Below, in pieces: positions 19,411 through 28,057 of a stretch of DNA of 64,000 bases. The position numbers and the translations under genes were made by a program. The stretch lies in contig JAZODF010000003.1 in assembly GCA_045596865.1 (NCBI GenBank), forward strand, positions 15,525 to 79,524, given 5' to 3'. Below the pieces are notes generated by a model. The model was not told where the DNA came from. It worked only from the letters and a program-made list of their open reading frames with translations, and searched no databases. Source of the DNA: Eubacteriales bacterium. Its GTDB lineage: Bacteria; Bacillota; Clostridia; Oscillospirales; CAG-272. Position 1 is the stretch's first letter. Every line of letters begins with the position of its first letter.

Positions 19411-19851
19411 ATGATATTCAGAGTATGCAGTGACAAAGAGACCGAGGAGCTCGGACGGCGGCTCGCCTCGGGGCTTGAGGCAAGCGGCATCACCTGTGCA
19501 TTCATTGCGATGCGTGGCGAGATGGGCGTCGGAAAGACGGTGTTCACCCGTGGGTTTGCCTCGCACTTCGGCATCAAGGGTGTGAAGAGCCCGACGTACA
19601 CCGTCGTGAACGAATACCGCGGACGGGTGCGTATCTACCACTTCGACCTCTACCGTATTTCGGACGTTGACGACCTCGTTTCGATCGGCTACGACGACTA
19701 TATTGCCGAGGAGGCATACTCGATCTGCGAGTGGTCGGAGCGAATCCCCGAGGAGATTCCCGACGGGGCGATTTCGGTTGAGATTTGCCGCGTCGCCGAG
19801 GACGAGGAGGCGCGCACGATTGAGATTTTGGGGGTTGATTTCGAGATATGA
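19411..19851 (+). CDS. tsaE: tRNA t6A37 biosynthesis ATPase TsaE
   Basis: P-loop GEMGVGKTVFTRGF and SPTYTVVNEY. Confidence 0.85.
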   Translation: MIFRVCSDKETEELGRRLASGLEASGITCAFIAMRGEMGVGKTVFTRGFASHFGIKGVKSPTYTVVNEYRGRVRIYHFDLYRISDVDDLVSIGYDDYIAEEAYSICEWSERIPEEIPDGAISVEICRVAEDEEARTIEILGVDFEI

Positions 19852-20552
19852 AAATACTTGCATTTGACAGCACGGCAAGGTCGGCATCGGTCGCCCTGCT
19901 CGAGGACGAGCGGCTTCTCGCCCTATACAATATCGACAACGGTCTGACGCACAGCGAGCTGCTTCTCCCTATGGCGGAGGAGATTCTCCGCTCGCTTCAC
20001 GTTGATATTTCCGAGGTTGGGCTATTCGCCGCGGCGGTTGGCCCCGGCTCGTTTACCGGAGTTCGAATCGGTGCGTCGCTCGTCAAGGGGCTCGCCTTCG
20101 GGCGGGATATCCCCTGCGCGGCGGTTTCTACCATCGAGGCGCTTGCCGAGAATCTGCGCGGCACCGCGGGATATATTATCCCCTGTATGGATGCACGACG
20201 TGCACAGGTTTACACCGCCACCTTCCTCTCCGACGGCAACGAGATGAAGCGCCTTTCTGAGGACAGGGCGATCTCGCTTGCACAGCTTGCCGAGGAGCTA
20301 CGCCCCCTTCACGCGCCGATATACCTTGTCGGCGACGGATACGAGGTCGCGTATCGCGCCCTCACCGCGGCGGGCATCACCCTTGCGAGCACTCCGCCCC
20401 TTGCAATCCCGCAGAGCGCGTACTCCATCGGTCTTGTCGCCCTTCGTCAGCATGCCGAGGGGAAAACCGTCACCGACCGCGAGATCAGCGCAACCTATCT
20501 TCGCGTGCCGCAGGCGGAGCGTGAGCGGCTCGAGCGGCTTGGAAAGCAGTAA
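19848..20552 (+). CDS. tsaB: tRNA t6A37 biosynthesis protein TsaB
   Basis: MKILAFDSTA...GPGSFTGVRIG signature. Its start has an ATGA overlap with tsaE. Confidence 0.8.
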   Translation: MKILAFDSTARSASVALLEDERLLALYNIDNGLTHSELLLPMAEEILRSLHVDISEVGLFAAAVGPGSFTGVRIGASLVKGLAFGRDIPCAAVSTIEALAENLRGTAGYIIPCMDARRAQVYTATFLSDGNEMKRLSEDRAISLAQLAEELRPLHAPIYLVGDGYEVAYRALTAAGITLASTPPLAIPQSAYSIGLVALRQHAEGKTVTDREISATYLRVPQAERERLERLGKQ

Positions 20553-20640
20553 CGAAAGCCTTCACCCACCATCGACCATCCGAGAGACGTCAACCGTGAA
20601 TAAATCGATAACACAAAATCAATAAAATGGAGAAAGAGCA

Positions 20641-21093
20641 ATGAGAAGAATTTTTATCGGCGCGGACAGCGCAGGCTACGGCCTCAAATGTGAGGTTATC
20701 CCCTACCTTCGTGAGCACGGCTACGAGGTTGTTGACCTCGGTACGGATTCGGCGGCGTCCTGTCACTATCCCGTTTTTGCATCGGCGGTCTGCCGCGAGG
20801 TGCAGGCTGACCTCGACGGCTCGTTTGGTATTCTCATCTGTGGAACGGGCATCGGTATGTCGATGTGCGCGAACAAGCATCGCGGCATCAGGGCGGCGCT
20901 CTGCTCGGACACCTACTCTGCACGGATGACCCGCGCACACAACGACGCAAACCTTCTCTGCCTCGGGGCGCGTGTTATCGGCCCCTGCCTCGCGCTTGAT
21001 ATTATCGACGCATTCCTCGGCGCCGAGTTCGAGGGCGGCAGACACAAGACCCGCGTTGATATGATCTCGGACATTGAAAACGGCGAGATATAA
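20641..21093 (+). CDS. rpiB: Ribose-5-phosphate isomerase B
   Basis: 150 aa, with IFIGADSAGYGLK...ILICGTGIGMSMCANK typical of RpiB/LacAB. Confidence 0.85.
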   Translation: MRRIFIGADSAGYGLKCEVIPYLREHGYEVVDLGTDSAASCHYPVFASAVCREVQADLDGSFGILICGTGIGMSMCANKHRGIRAALCSDTYSARMTRAHNDANLLCLGARVIGPCLALDIIDAFLGAEFEGGRHKTRVDMISDIENGEI

Positions 21094-21137
21094 AAAGCAA
21101 CCGTCATCCGAGAAAACGGAATACAGTCAAAGAGAAA

Positions 21138-21168
21138 AGAGCGGATTGGAATAATCCGCTCTTTTTTC
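21138..21168 (+). terminator. Terminator after rpiB
   Basis: AGAGCGGATT-ggaat-AATCCGCTCT followed by TTTTTT. Confidence 0.7.
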
Positions 21169-21234
21169 ATAAGCGTTCGCAAGCAATCACTCGAAAAGCG
21201 AAAGCAAACCGGAAAGTGACGAGCCCGCGATCGA

Positions 21235-21807
21235 TCAGTCGAAAAGCGCGAGCGCCTCCGACAGGGGCGCGCCCGAGAGGAGGAGCCTGCCGTATTCGCC
21301 GTCGATACCGAGGGGGAGGCGGTGGACCCTGTCGCCAAATTCAAGGAGAGGGTCGGCATCGCTGACCCCGCCAAGCGAGCGCTCGCCCGTCGAGAGATAG
21401 TACACACCGCCGTCAGTCGCATAGAGGTCACAGAGCATATCCCCGTGGGCGCGAGCGGCGGCGAGAAGGTGTGCGAGCGAGGCAAAGCTGAAATGTGCCC
21501 GCCGCTCGGAATAGGTGGTAACGCCGCCCTCGGTGACGGCGCGGCGGTCGCCCTCGGGAATGGCGGAAAGTCGGGTGATAAACAAATCGCACCCGCCCGC
21601 ATCCTCCGCAAAAACCTGCACGAGCAGGCGCTCCCCCGCCGAGGAAAATCCAACCGCCTCGCCTGCGGCGGCAAGAATTTCGGCTAGCGCCGCCCGTGCA
21701 CCCCGCCCGTTTTCCGCCCCATCGGAGGTAAGGGCGGCGTATTTTTCCGCCTCGCGCGGGGTGAGCGTGACCTTCAGCTTTTTGCCGCCAACCGATGAAA
21801 AACGCAT
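21235..21807 (-). CDS. Hypothetical protein, weakly MecA-adaptor-like
   Basis: The N-terminus (KLKVTLTPREAEKY) and C-terminus (EYGRLLLSGAPLSEALALF) loosely resemble short clostridial MecA. The assignment is from memory only. Confidence 0.35.
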   Translation of the reverse strand: MRFSSVGGKKLKVTLTPREAEKYAALTSDGAENGRGARAALAEILAAAGEAVGFSSAGERLLVQVFAEDAGGCDLFITRLSAIPEGDRRAVTEGGVTTYSERRAHFSFASLAHLLAAARAHGDMLCDLYATDGGVYYLSTGERSLGGVSDADPLLEFGDRVHRLPLGIDGEYGRLLLSGAPLSEALALFD

Positions 21808-21862
21808 AGAATCCCCCCTTTCTATACTAATTATACTTTACATTTTGCATTTTTGCCACCGT

Positions 21863-21891
21863 AAAAATTTGACACGGGTGGGGGGTAATTG
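21863..21891 (+). repeat. G-rich intergenic motif copy (AAAAATTTGACACGGGTGGGGGGTAATTG)
   Basis: Family member, located upstream of the queT promoter. Confidence 0.8.
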
Positions 21892-21940
21892 AAATTCTGC
21901 GGGTATTTTTACAGCAAAAGGCAAAAACGGCAAAAACCGC

Positions 21941-21969
21941 TTGCATTTTTTCGCGGGATGTGGTACAAT
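21941..21969 (+). promoter_or_regulatory. Sigma-A-type promoter upstream of queT leader
   Basis: TTGCAT-17 nt-(TGg)TACAAT. Confidence 0.55.
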
Positions 21970-21976
21970 AATCGGC

Positions 21977-22035
21977 GGTGAGTTCGAGACCTTCCTCACC
22001 GATGCGAAAGCAGAAAAAACAAAACTAAAGGAGAA
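21977..22035 (+). promoter_or_regulatory. Candidate preQ1-responsive riboswitch (class uncertain) in queT 5' UTR
   Basis: Hairpin GGUGAG-UUCGAGACCUUC-CUCACC, a small UGC-GAAA-GCA hairpin, then an A-rich tail AGAAAAAACAAAACUAAAGGAG running into the SD. Loop CCUU can pair with AAGG of the SD. The context (queT) matches known preQ1 riboswitch targets. Confidence 0.4.
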
Positions 22036-22038
22036 AAA

Positions 22039-22548
22039 ATGCAAAGAAAGAACTCGAATCCTGCAAGGTATCTTGCAAGGGCGGGGATCATCGCGGCGCT
22101 GTACGTTGTTCTGACGGCAATCTCGGCGCTTGTCGGTGCGGCGAGCGGAGCGGTGCAATTCCGCATTTCCGAGATGCTGTGTATCCTGCCCGTTTTTATG
22201 CCCGAGGCTATCCCCGGTCTCACGGTCGGCTGTCTTATCGCCAACCTAACGGCGGGCGGCGTTGCCCCGCTTGACCTCATTTTCGGAACGCTCGCAACCT
22301 TCATCGGTGCGGTCGGCGCGTATTTGCTACGGAAATTGCCGCCGCGATTCATCTGGGTTGCCACCCTGCCGAATATCCTTGCCAACACTTTGATTTTGCC
22401 ACCCGTTATCATCTACTCCTACGGCGCGAGCGAGGGGTATTGGCTTATCGCACTATCGATTTTCATCAGTCAGGCGATCTCGGCTGGCCTGCTCGGCACG
22501 TTTTTTTATCCCGTTATTAAGCAAACGGGGCTTCATAAGCTCTTTTAA
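22039..22548 (+). CDS. queT: Queuosine-precursor transporter QueT (ECF S-component-like)
   Basis: 169 aa with 5 TM segments. ARAGIIAALYVVLT...FRISEMLCILP is characteristic of the QueT/COG4708 family. A preQ1-like leader precedes it. Confidence 0.7.
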   Translation: MQRKNSNPARYLARAGIIAALYVVLTAISALVGAASGAVQFRISEMLCILPVFMPEAIPGLTVGCLIANLTAGGVAPLDLIFGTLATFIGAVGAYLLRKLPPRFIWVATLPNILANTLILPPVIIYSYGASEGYWLIALSIFISQAISAGLLGTFFYPVIKQTGLHKLF

Positions 22549-22868
22549 TATTCACCTTGCTATCAAACGCGACAAGGGGTCTAAGGTCCGACCCCCTGTC
22601 GCCTTTTTGTTATTTTGGGCAGGCCACGGTCGATTTCGCGTCAATCAAGGAGGGAGGTGCGGGTATTTTTGAATACGGGGTTTTCCGTTTTTGTAGATTT
22701 ATTACAAAAATTGTGCATTATTTATTATATACGGGTACAGAAAATGAATTTTTTATGTAATTTGTTCAAAAATCCTATTGAAATTGCCGCCACGCTATGC
22801 TACAATTAAATTGTTACACCACAGAAAAAGAAAACACCAACATTTTTATATAAAAAGGGACGCGATTT

Positions 22869-24257
22869 ATGGCAAGGAAATCGAAGGAACTTCTGCTCCG
22901 CGAGGGGCTGAGAGCGATCAGCGACTGTCCGTTTGATATTTTACGTTTCGCATGCGAGGATGATGTTTTCTCACTCTTACCAAAATGTGAGCAGGGCGAT
23001 GCCGCGGCGCGCCTTGCCCTTTGTCGCGCAATCATTTCGGAGTGCGGCGGCGAGCGCGTCGATGCCCTCGAATACCTGCTCCACGGCGGGCTTGACCGCG
23101 GATGCAAGGAGTGCCTCTCGCTCGCCCTTCGGTATATCTGCACTGCTCGGGTGACCCCCGTAGCGCTTGCCAAGCGGTGCATCGCCCTCTCGGGTGAGGC
23201 GGGTACGGACGTCCTCGGCGCCATCGCGCGCGTCGCGGTCGCGGAAAAGGCGATCTCCGACCGCGAGGTCGGCCTGCTATCGAGCCCTGATTTCGCCGCG
23301 GTACCGCTCTACCTTCTGCCCCGCGAGGACGGGCGGATTCGTGAGCTTGCCGCAATGGCGGCGGTGCCCTCCATTCTCGCTCTGCCTATGTTTAGCGAAA
23401 AGGCGGGGACTAGCCCCGACGCCGATCACAGCCGCGACGTAAGAAACGCCGACACGGACACGGACCCCGCGGACAACAAAGGCACCAGCAACACCCCCGA
23501 CGCCAACCCCGACGGGCTTGCCCACTATCTTAGACACGCGGGCGAGCTTCACGACCCCGAGTGGCGGGATTTCTGGCTTCGGTGCGGTTACGAATACGCG
23601 CTCGGCTACGAGGGCGGTATCCGCGATTTCGCGACGCTTGCCCTGCCGATAATTGCGACGCGCACCTACGCCGAGCGGCATCCGATACACCTTCTCGCCG
23701 CCGCTGCCATCAGCGGCACGGTGGATGATAGCGCGCTCGAATCCATGCGCAGATCCTGTGAGTTTGCGGGATTTGACACCGAAAAACTCGACACGGGTGC
23801 CGCCTTACGCGAGGCGGCCTACCTCGACAGCCCCCGCGAGATTGCCCTCGCCAACGAGCGCGAGCGGCGCGGCGGAATGATCATACACACCCGCAATCGC
23901 TACTCGCTGACACACAGCCTGTCGGGGCACGCAAAGCGCGCAAGGCTTCACCTCTGGCAGACGCCAATCACGGTCATGGGCGAGCGGATGCCCACCTTCA
24001 CCGAAGCGAAAATCGAGCAGGTCAGCTGCACCCCCGAGCGCAACGGAATCACTCTCGAGCGTGACGCCGCGGTGTGCCAGGTGCTCTGCCACGGGGAGAT
24101 AATCTTCGCCGATTCGCGCCACCCGTTCGTCATCGACCTCATTCTCGATATGGCCTTCGTCAGCGCGACAAAATGCCACTCGCTCGAGATTCGCCCGCGC
24201 GAGTTCGTCGCCCTGGACGGGATGATTACGATGGATTGTCAGGTGTTCTTGAAATAA
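22869..24257 (+). CDS. Hypothetical protein (462 aa) with central low-complexity D/T/P/N linker
   Basis: Long ORF with host-like composition and an upstream TTGAAA-N17-TACAAT promoter (~22779-22807). I recognise no motif in it. Confidence 0.5.
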   Translation: MARKSKELLLREGLRAISDCPFDILRFACEDDVFSLLPKCEQGDAAARLALCRAIISECGGERVDALEYLLHGGLDRGCKECLSLALRYICTARVTPVALAKRCIALSGEAGTDVLGAIARVAVAEKAISDREVGLLSSPDFAAVPLYLLPREDGRIRELAAMAAVPSILALPMFSEKAGTSPDADHSRDVRNADTDTDPADNKGTSNTPDANPDGLAHYLRHAGELHDPEWRDFWLRCGYEYALGYEGGIRDFATLALPIIATRTYAERHPIHLLAAAAISGTVDDSALESMRRSCEFAGFDTEKLDTGAALREAAYLDSPREIALANERERRGGMIIHTRNRYSLTHSLSGHAKRARLHLWQTPITVMGERMPTFTEAKIEQVSCTPERNGITLERDAAVCQVLCHGEIIFADSRHPFVIDLILDMAFVSATKCHSLEIRPREFVALDGMITMDCQVFLK

Positions 24258-24351
24258 CCGCGCGACCAAGGATCGCGCCGTTTGCCCTATTTTACACTAG
24301 GTGGTTTCCTTTACGTTTGCCCCCCCGCGCAACCTAACCTCATATATGGAA

Positions 24352-24383
24352 AGGCCGCCCCGACAGATGCCGAGGCGGCCTTA
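24352..24383. terminator. Bidirectional terminator between convergent genes
   Basis: AAGGCCGCC-14 nt-GGCGGCCTT, flanked by A/T runs. Confidence 0.55.
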
Positions 24384-24405
24384 TTTAGCGCGAGCAATCG
24401 CGCTT

Positions 24406-25818
24406 TTATTTTTCCGAGAGGTATTTATGTATTGCGGCGGCAGCGAGCTTGCCCGCGCCCATCGCGCTGATTACGGTTGCGGCACCCGTGACGGCATCGC
24501 CGCCCGCATACACGCCCGGACGCGAGGTGAGGCCGTCCTCGTTAACGATGATTCCGCCGCGCGAGTTGACCGCGAGGCCGTCGGTGGTCGATTTGATGAG
24601 GGGGTTCGGCGAGGTGCCGATGGACATTATCACCACGTCGGCGGGGAGGAAAAATTCGCTACCCGCAACCGGCTCGGGACGGCGGCGGCCGCGCTCGTCG
24701 GGCTCGCCAAGTGCCATTTTCAGACAGGTCATCCCGCTGACGAAGCCGTTTTTCGGGTCGCGGGGGTCATCCTTATTCTCGTGGGCGTGGATCTCGATGG
24801 GGCTTGTGAGGAGAAGGAACTCGATGCCCTCCTCTATCGCGTGCTCGACCTCCTCGCGGCGGGCGGGCAGCTCATCCATCGAGCGTCGGTAAACGATATA
24901 CACCTTATCCGCGCCGAGGCGAAGTGCGGTCCGTGCGGCGTCCATTGCGACGTTTCCGCCACCGACGACGGCGACGGTCGAGCCGTGGATGATCGGGGTT
25001 GCCGCGCCCTCGCGGTACGCCTTCATAAGGTTTGCGCGGGTGAGAAATTCGTTCGCGGAGTAGACGCCCTTGTAGCTCTCGCCGGGGATGCCCATAAAGT
25101 TCGGCAGACCCGCGCCCGATGCGATAAACACCGCCTCGAAGCCATCCTCAAACAGCTCGTCGACCGTGAGGGTCCTGCCGATGACGACGTTGGTGCAGAT
25201 CTCGACACCCATCGCGGTGAGGTTATCCACCTCGCGGGCGACTATGGATTTGGGCAGACGGAACTCGGGAATACCGTAGACGAGCACGCCGCCCGCGGTG
25301 TGAAGTGCCTCAAAAACGGTTACGGAATAGCCGAGCCGCGCAAGGTCGCCCGCACAGGCGAGCGAGGCGGGTCCGGAGCCGACAAGTGCCACCCTGTGTC
25401 CGTTTTTCGCTATTTTTTGCTCGGTGACGGGGGTGTGGGAGTTATGCCAATCGGCGACGAATCGCTCGAGGCGACCGATGCCGACGGGCTCGCCCTTGAT
25501 TCCGCGGACGCACTTGGATTCGCACTGTGTTTCCTGCGGGCAAACGCGGCCGCAGACGGCGGGCAAGGAGGAGCTTTGCGAGATTATTTCATACGCGCCC
25601 TCGAAATCACACTCCTTGATGCGTGCGATAAATTCGGGGATGCGGATATTGACGGGGCATGCGCCGACGCAGGGCATATTCTTGCAGCCAAGGCAACGGA
25701 GCGCCTCGTCGATTGCCTGCTCCTCGGTGTAGCCCGTGGCGACCTCGTCGAAGCATTTAATACGCTCCGCGGGGGAGAGGGTGGGCATCTCATTCTTCTT
25801 CGGTGAAGTGTTAGCCAT
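24406..25818 (-). CDS. nfnB: NADH-dependent reduced ferredoxin:NADP oxidoreductase subunit B (GltD-like, homotetrameric glutamate synthase small-chain family)
   Basis: N-terminal 2x[4Fe-4S] Cys motifs (CLGCKNMPC..CPV, CGRVCPQETQCESKC), then the FAD/NAD dinucleotide folds VALVGSGPASLACA and VAVVGGGNVAMD. Confidence 0.8.
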   Translation of the reverse strand: MANTSPKKNEMPTLSPAERIKCFDEVATGYTEEQAIDEALRCLGCKNMPCVGACPVNIRIPEFIARIKECDFEGAYEIISQSSSLPAVCGRVCPQETQCESKCVRGIKGEPVGIGRLERFVADWHNSHTPVTEQKIAKNGHRVALVGSGPASLACAGDLARLGYSVTVFEALHTAGGVLVYGIPEFRLPKSIVAREVDNLTAMGVEICTNVVIGRTLTVDELFEDGFEAVFIASGAGLPNFMGIPGESYKGVYSANEFLTRANLMKAYREGAATPIIHGSTVAVVGGGNVAMDAARTALRLGADKVYIVYRRSMDELPARREEVEHAIEEGIEFLLLTSPIEIHAHENKDDPRDPKNGFVSGMTCLKMALGEPDERGRRRPEPVAGSEFFLPADVVIMSIGTSPNPLIKSTTDGLAVNSRGGIIVNEDGLTSRPGVYAGGDAVTGAATVISAMGAGKLAAAAIHKYLSEK

Positions 25819-26674
25819 TGCCGTTTGCCCCCTTTTCCATAAGATTGCAATGCGCGTCGAAGGCGTGGCGCTCGGCGTCGCGGTACATATTCAGGCGGGA
25901 TGCCGCCTCGTCGAAATCGACCTCGTATCCGTCGAAATCAGGCCCGTCGATGCAGGCGAATTTGGTGACCCGCTTGCCGTCCTGCGTGAGGGTCAACCGA
26001 CAGCCACCGCACATGCCCGTGCCGTCGATCATTATTGGGTTCATCGACACGGTGACGGGGATACCGTAGGGGCGGACCGCCTCGGTGACGAATTTCATCA
26101 TCACGATGGGGCCGATGGCGATAACGCGGTCGAAGGTGACGCCCGAGGAGAGCATTTCCTCAATAGGCAGGCAGACGTTACCCGCCCTGCCGTAGGAGCC
26201 GTCGTCGGTCATGACCGTGAGATTTTCGGACGCGGCGGAAAACTCATCCTCGAGGATGACGAGCTCGCGCGAGCGGAAGCCGATGACAGAGGTGACGGAG
26301 CAGCCGCGATCAGCGAGCGCGCAGGCAACGGGAAGCGCGATGGCACATCCGACGCCGCCGCCAACGACGAGCACGCGGGAAAGGCCGTCGATCTCCGTCG
26401 GTTTACCAAGCGGGCCGACGAAGTCGGAGAGGCTATCCCCCTCCTCCATCTTAGCGAAGGTGGCGGTGGTCGCGCCGACGGTCTGGAATATTATACGCAC
26501 CGTCCCCGCCTCGGGGTCGGTGCCCGCAACGGTGAGTGGGATTCGCTCGCCCTCGGAGTCTGTGCGGAGGATAATGAACTGTCCCGCCCTTGCCTTCCTT
26601 GCGACGAGGGGGGATTCAATATGCATTTCGGTCACGGTGGGGTTGTGTTGTTTTTTGTAAACAATTCTATACAT
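25811..26674 (-). CDS. nfnA: Ferredoxin-NADP reductase-like subunit A (sulfide/dihydroorotate dehydrogenase-like FAD/NAD-binding protein)
   Basis: 287 aa with an FNR-like fold (GQFIILR...RIPLT), VVGGGVGCA, and a C-terminal CGGC cluster. It overlaps nfnB by 8 nt. Confidence 0.8.
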   Translation of the reverse strand: MYRIVYKKQHNPTVTEMHIESPLVARKARAGQFIILRTDSEGERIPLTVAGTDPEAGTVRIIFQTVGATTATFAKMEEGDSLSDFVGPLGKPTEIDGLSRVLVVGGGVGCAIALPVACALADRGCSVTSVIGFRSRELVILEDEFSAASENLTVMTDDGSYGRAGNVCLPIEEMLSSGVTFDRVIAIGPIVMMKFVTEAVRPYGIPVTVSMNPIMIDGTGMCGGCRLTLTQDGKRVTKFACIDGPDFDGYEVDFDEAASRLNMYRDAERHAFDAHCNLMEKGANGNG

Positions 26675-26716
26675 TTAATGCCTCTATAAATGGCGATCGC
26701 ATCATGAAATCGCCCG

Positions 26717-26744
26717 AATAATTTAACACGGGGTGGGGTTAACC
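26717..26744 (+). repeat. G-rich intergenic motif copy (AATAATTTAACACGGGGTGGGGTTAACC)
   Basis: Family member, located between two minus-strand genes and abutting the phosphatase stop codon. Confidence 0.8.
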
Positions 26745-27317
26745 GATATTTTCGGTCAACCAATCGAGAAATTCGGTGATATACCGCTCACACGGGGTGA
26801 TGACGCGAATATCGACCGTGGGGTTCGCCGCCGCAAAGGCGGTGAGTGTCGGTAAAAGGTTATCCCGCGAGATAAGATAATCGGCGACGATATACTCGCG
26901 TGAGTAGCCGAGCAGGTAAAGAAGAAGTGCCGAGAGGACGCCCGTCCTGTCTTTGCCCGCCGAGCAGAAATAGAGTGCGCCGCCGCCCTGCGACAAAAGG
27001 CGTCGGGCAAGGTCAATCAGCCGCCCGTCAACCATGCCGACGTAGGAGGGCGACACGTCGTCGGGGGTGGGTGGGATAGTGCTGCCGCCGCTCACGGGCA
27101 GGGTGATATATTCAAACCGTCCGTCGGACGCAAGGGGACATTCCCTTCCCTCCCGTTCCGTATCGGTGCGAAGGTCGACGACCGTGCGAATACCGTTATC
27201 GAGGAGCCACACGCGCTCCTGCTCGCTGACCTCACGTGGCAGGTCGCTTCGTATAAAGCGCAGGCTGTCGGGCAGGATTGCCCGCGTATTCAACGTGCTT
27301 GCAAATATCCGCGACAT
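26739..27317 (-). CDS. Protein-tyrosine phosphatase (Y_phosphatase3-like)
   Basis: CX5R(S/T) active site CSAGKDRTG. I chose ATG 27317 after GAGGGAGGGGTGAG. The 19 upstream codons were rejected. Confidence 0.7.
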   Translation of the reverse strand: MSRIFASTLNTRAILPDSLRFIRSDLPREVSEQERVWLLDNGIRTVVDLRTDTEREGRECPLASDGRFEYITLPVSGGSTIPPTPDDVSPSYVGMVDGRLIDLARRLLSQGGGALYFCSAGKDRTGVLSALLLYLLGYSREYIVADYLISRDNLLPTLTAFAAANPTVDIRVITPCERYITEFLDWLTENIG

Positions 27318-27468
27318 CTCACCCCTCCCTCGCTCCTTGGTTTTGTTACATCGACATAGGATTAACAGTAGCATTATATCATATCGCGCGCGAAAAGTAA
27401 ATAGTACAGCATAAAAAAGAAGGACCCCCGAGTCAGGGGGCCTTGCTTATGTCGGTTACGGCGGTCGG

Positions 27469-27903
27469 TTACATCTCGACCGTCTGTGCGTATTCCTTCA
27501 AGAAGGCGGTCAGCTCCTCGGCACAGCCGCAGTAGATGAAGTCGCACTCCTCGAGGATCTCCTTCATATTCTCGTCGTCCACGCCGTAGTAGTTCTTGTA
27601 GGCACGGAGCGCGTCCTCGAGATTTGCGGCAACCGCGCTCGGCACATTGTCGATAACCGTCCTCGCGGCATGCTCGACGTTGCCCGCGCTACGCAGGGTG
27701 AGAAAATAGTTAAGGTGTCCGTCGCGCGCGTGGCCGTCAACCTCGTGCTTGTAGAGCATAATCTCGCGGTAGGGCGAGGGGATGAGCTTTTTCTCCCACA
27801 TCTGCCAGAGCTTGTTGTACCTCTCGTCGGGGGTCAGCTCGCGTTTTTCCTGCACCGCGTCTGCCTTTTTCTTTTTAAAAATATCAAATAAACCCATTTT
27901 CAC
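27469..27903 (-). CDS. Hypothetical cytoplasmic protein (144 aa)
   Basis: Clean ORF with RBS AAGGAG and its own TTTACT-N17-TATAAT promoter. No motif recognised with confidence. Confidence 0.5.
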   Translation of the reverse strand: MKMGLFDIFKKKKADAVQEKRELTPDERYNKLWQMWEKKLIPSPYREIMLYKHEVDGHARDGHLNYFLTLRSAGNVEHAARTVIDNVPSAVAANLEDALRAYKNYYGVDDENMKEILEECDFIYCGCAEELTAFLKEYAQTVEM

Positions 27904-27929
27904 GGCTCCTTGTGTGTTTGTTCAATTTA

Positions 27930-27958
27930 ATTATAGCACACCGAAGCGCAAAAGTAAA
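27930..27958 (-). promoter_or_regulatory. Promoter of 27469..27903 (module copy 1)
   Basis: On the minus strand: TTTACT-17 nt-(TGc)TATAAT. Confidence 0.55.
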
Positions 27959-27999
27959 GGGGCGATTTGCCGAAGCAGATCGCCCTGTTAACGAGCCTT
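27948..27999. repeat. 52-bp terminator/promoter module, copy 1
   Basis: GCAAAAGTAAAGGGGCGATTTGCCGAAGCAGATCGCCCTGTTAACGAGCCTT. It matches 29026-29077 at 50/52 positions. Confidence 0.9.
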
Positions 28000-28057
28000 A
28001 CCCGAGGGAAAGATGCTTTCCCTCTGCTTTTCAGCAAATGAATCGGCGCGTTGCCTT

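Noticed and set aside
21977-22000. tRNA-like T-arm sequence GGTGAGTTCGAGACC
   Set aside because: The stem is 6 bp with a 12-nt loop, and no acceptor, D or anticodon arms flank it. It is better explained as P1 of the queT leader. No tRNA or rRNA was recognised anywhere in the window.
24301-26689. + strand ORFs 24301..25806 (501 aa) and 25736..26689 (317 aa)
   Set aside because: They are antisense to nfnB and nfnA. The same reasoning rejects 15249..16256, 40009..40938, 50797..51879, 60918..62150 and 35850..37208.
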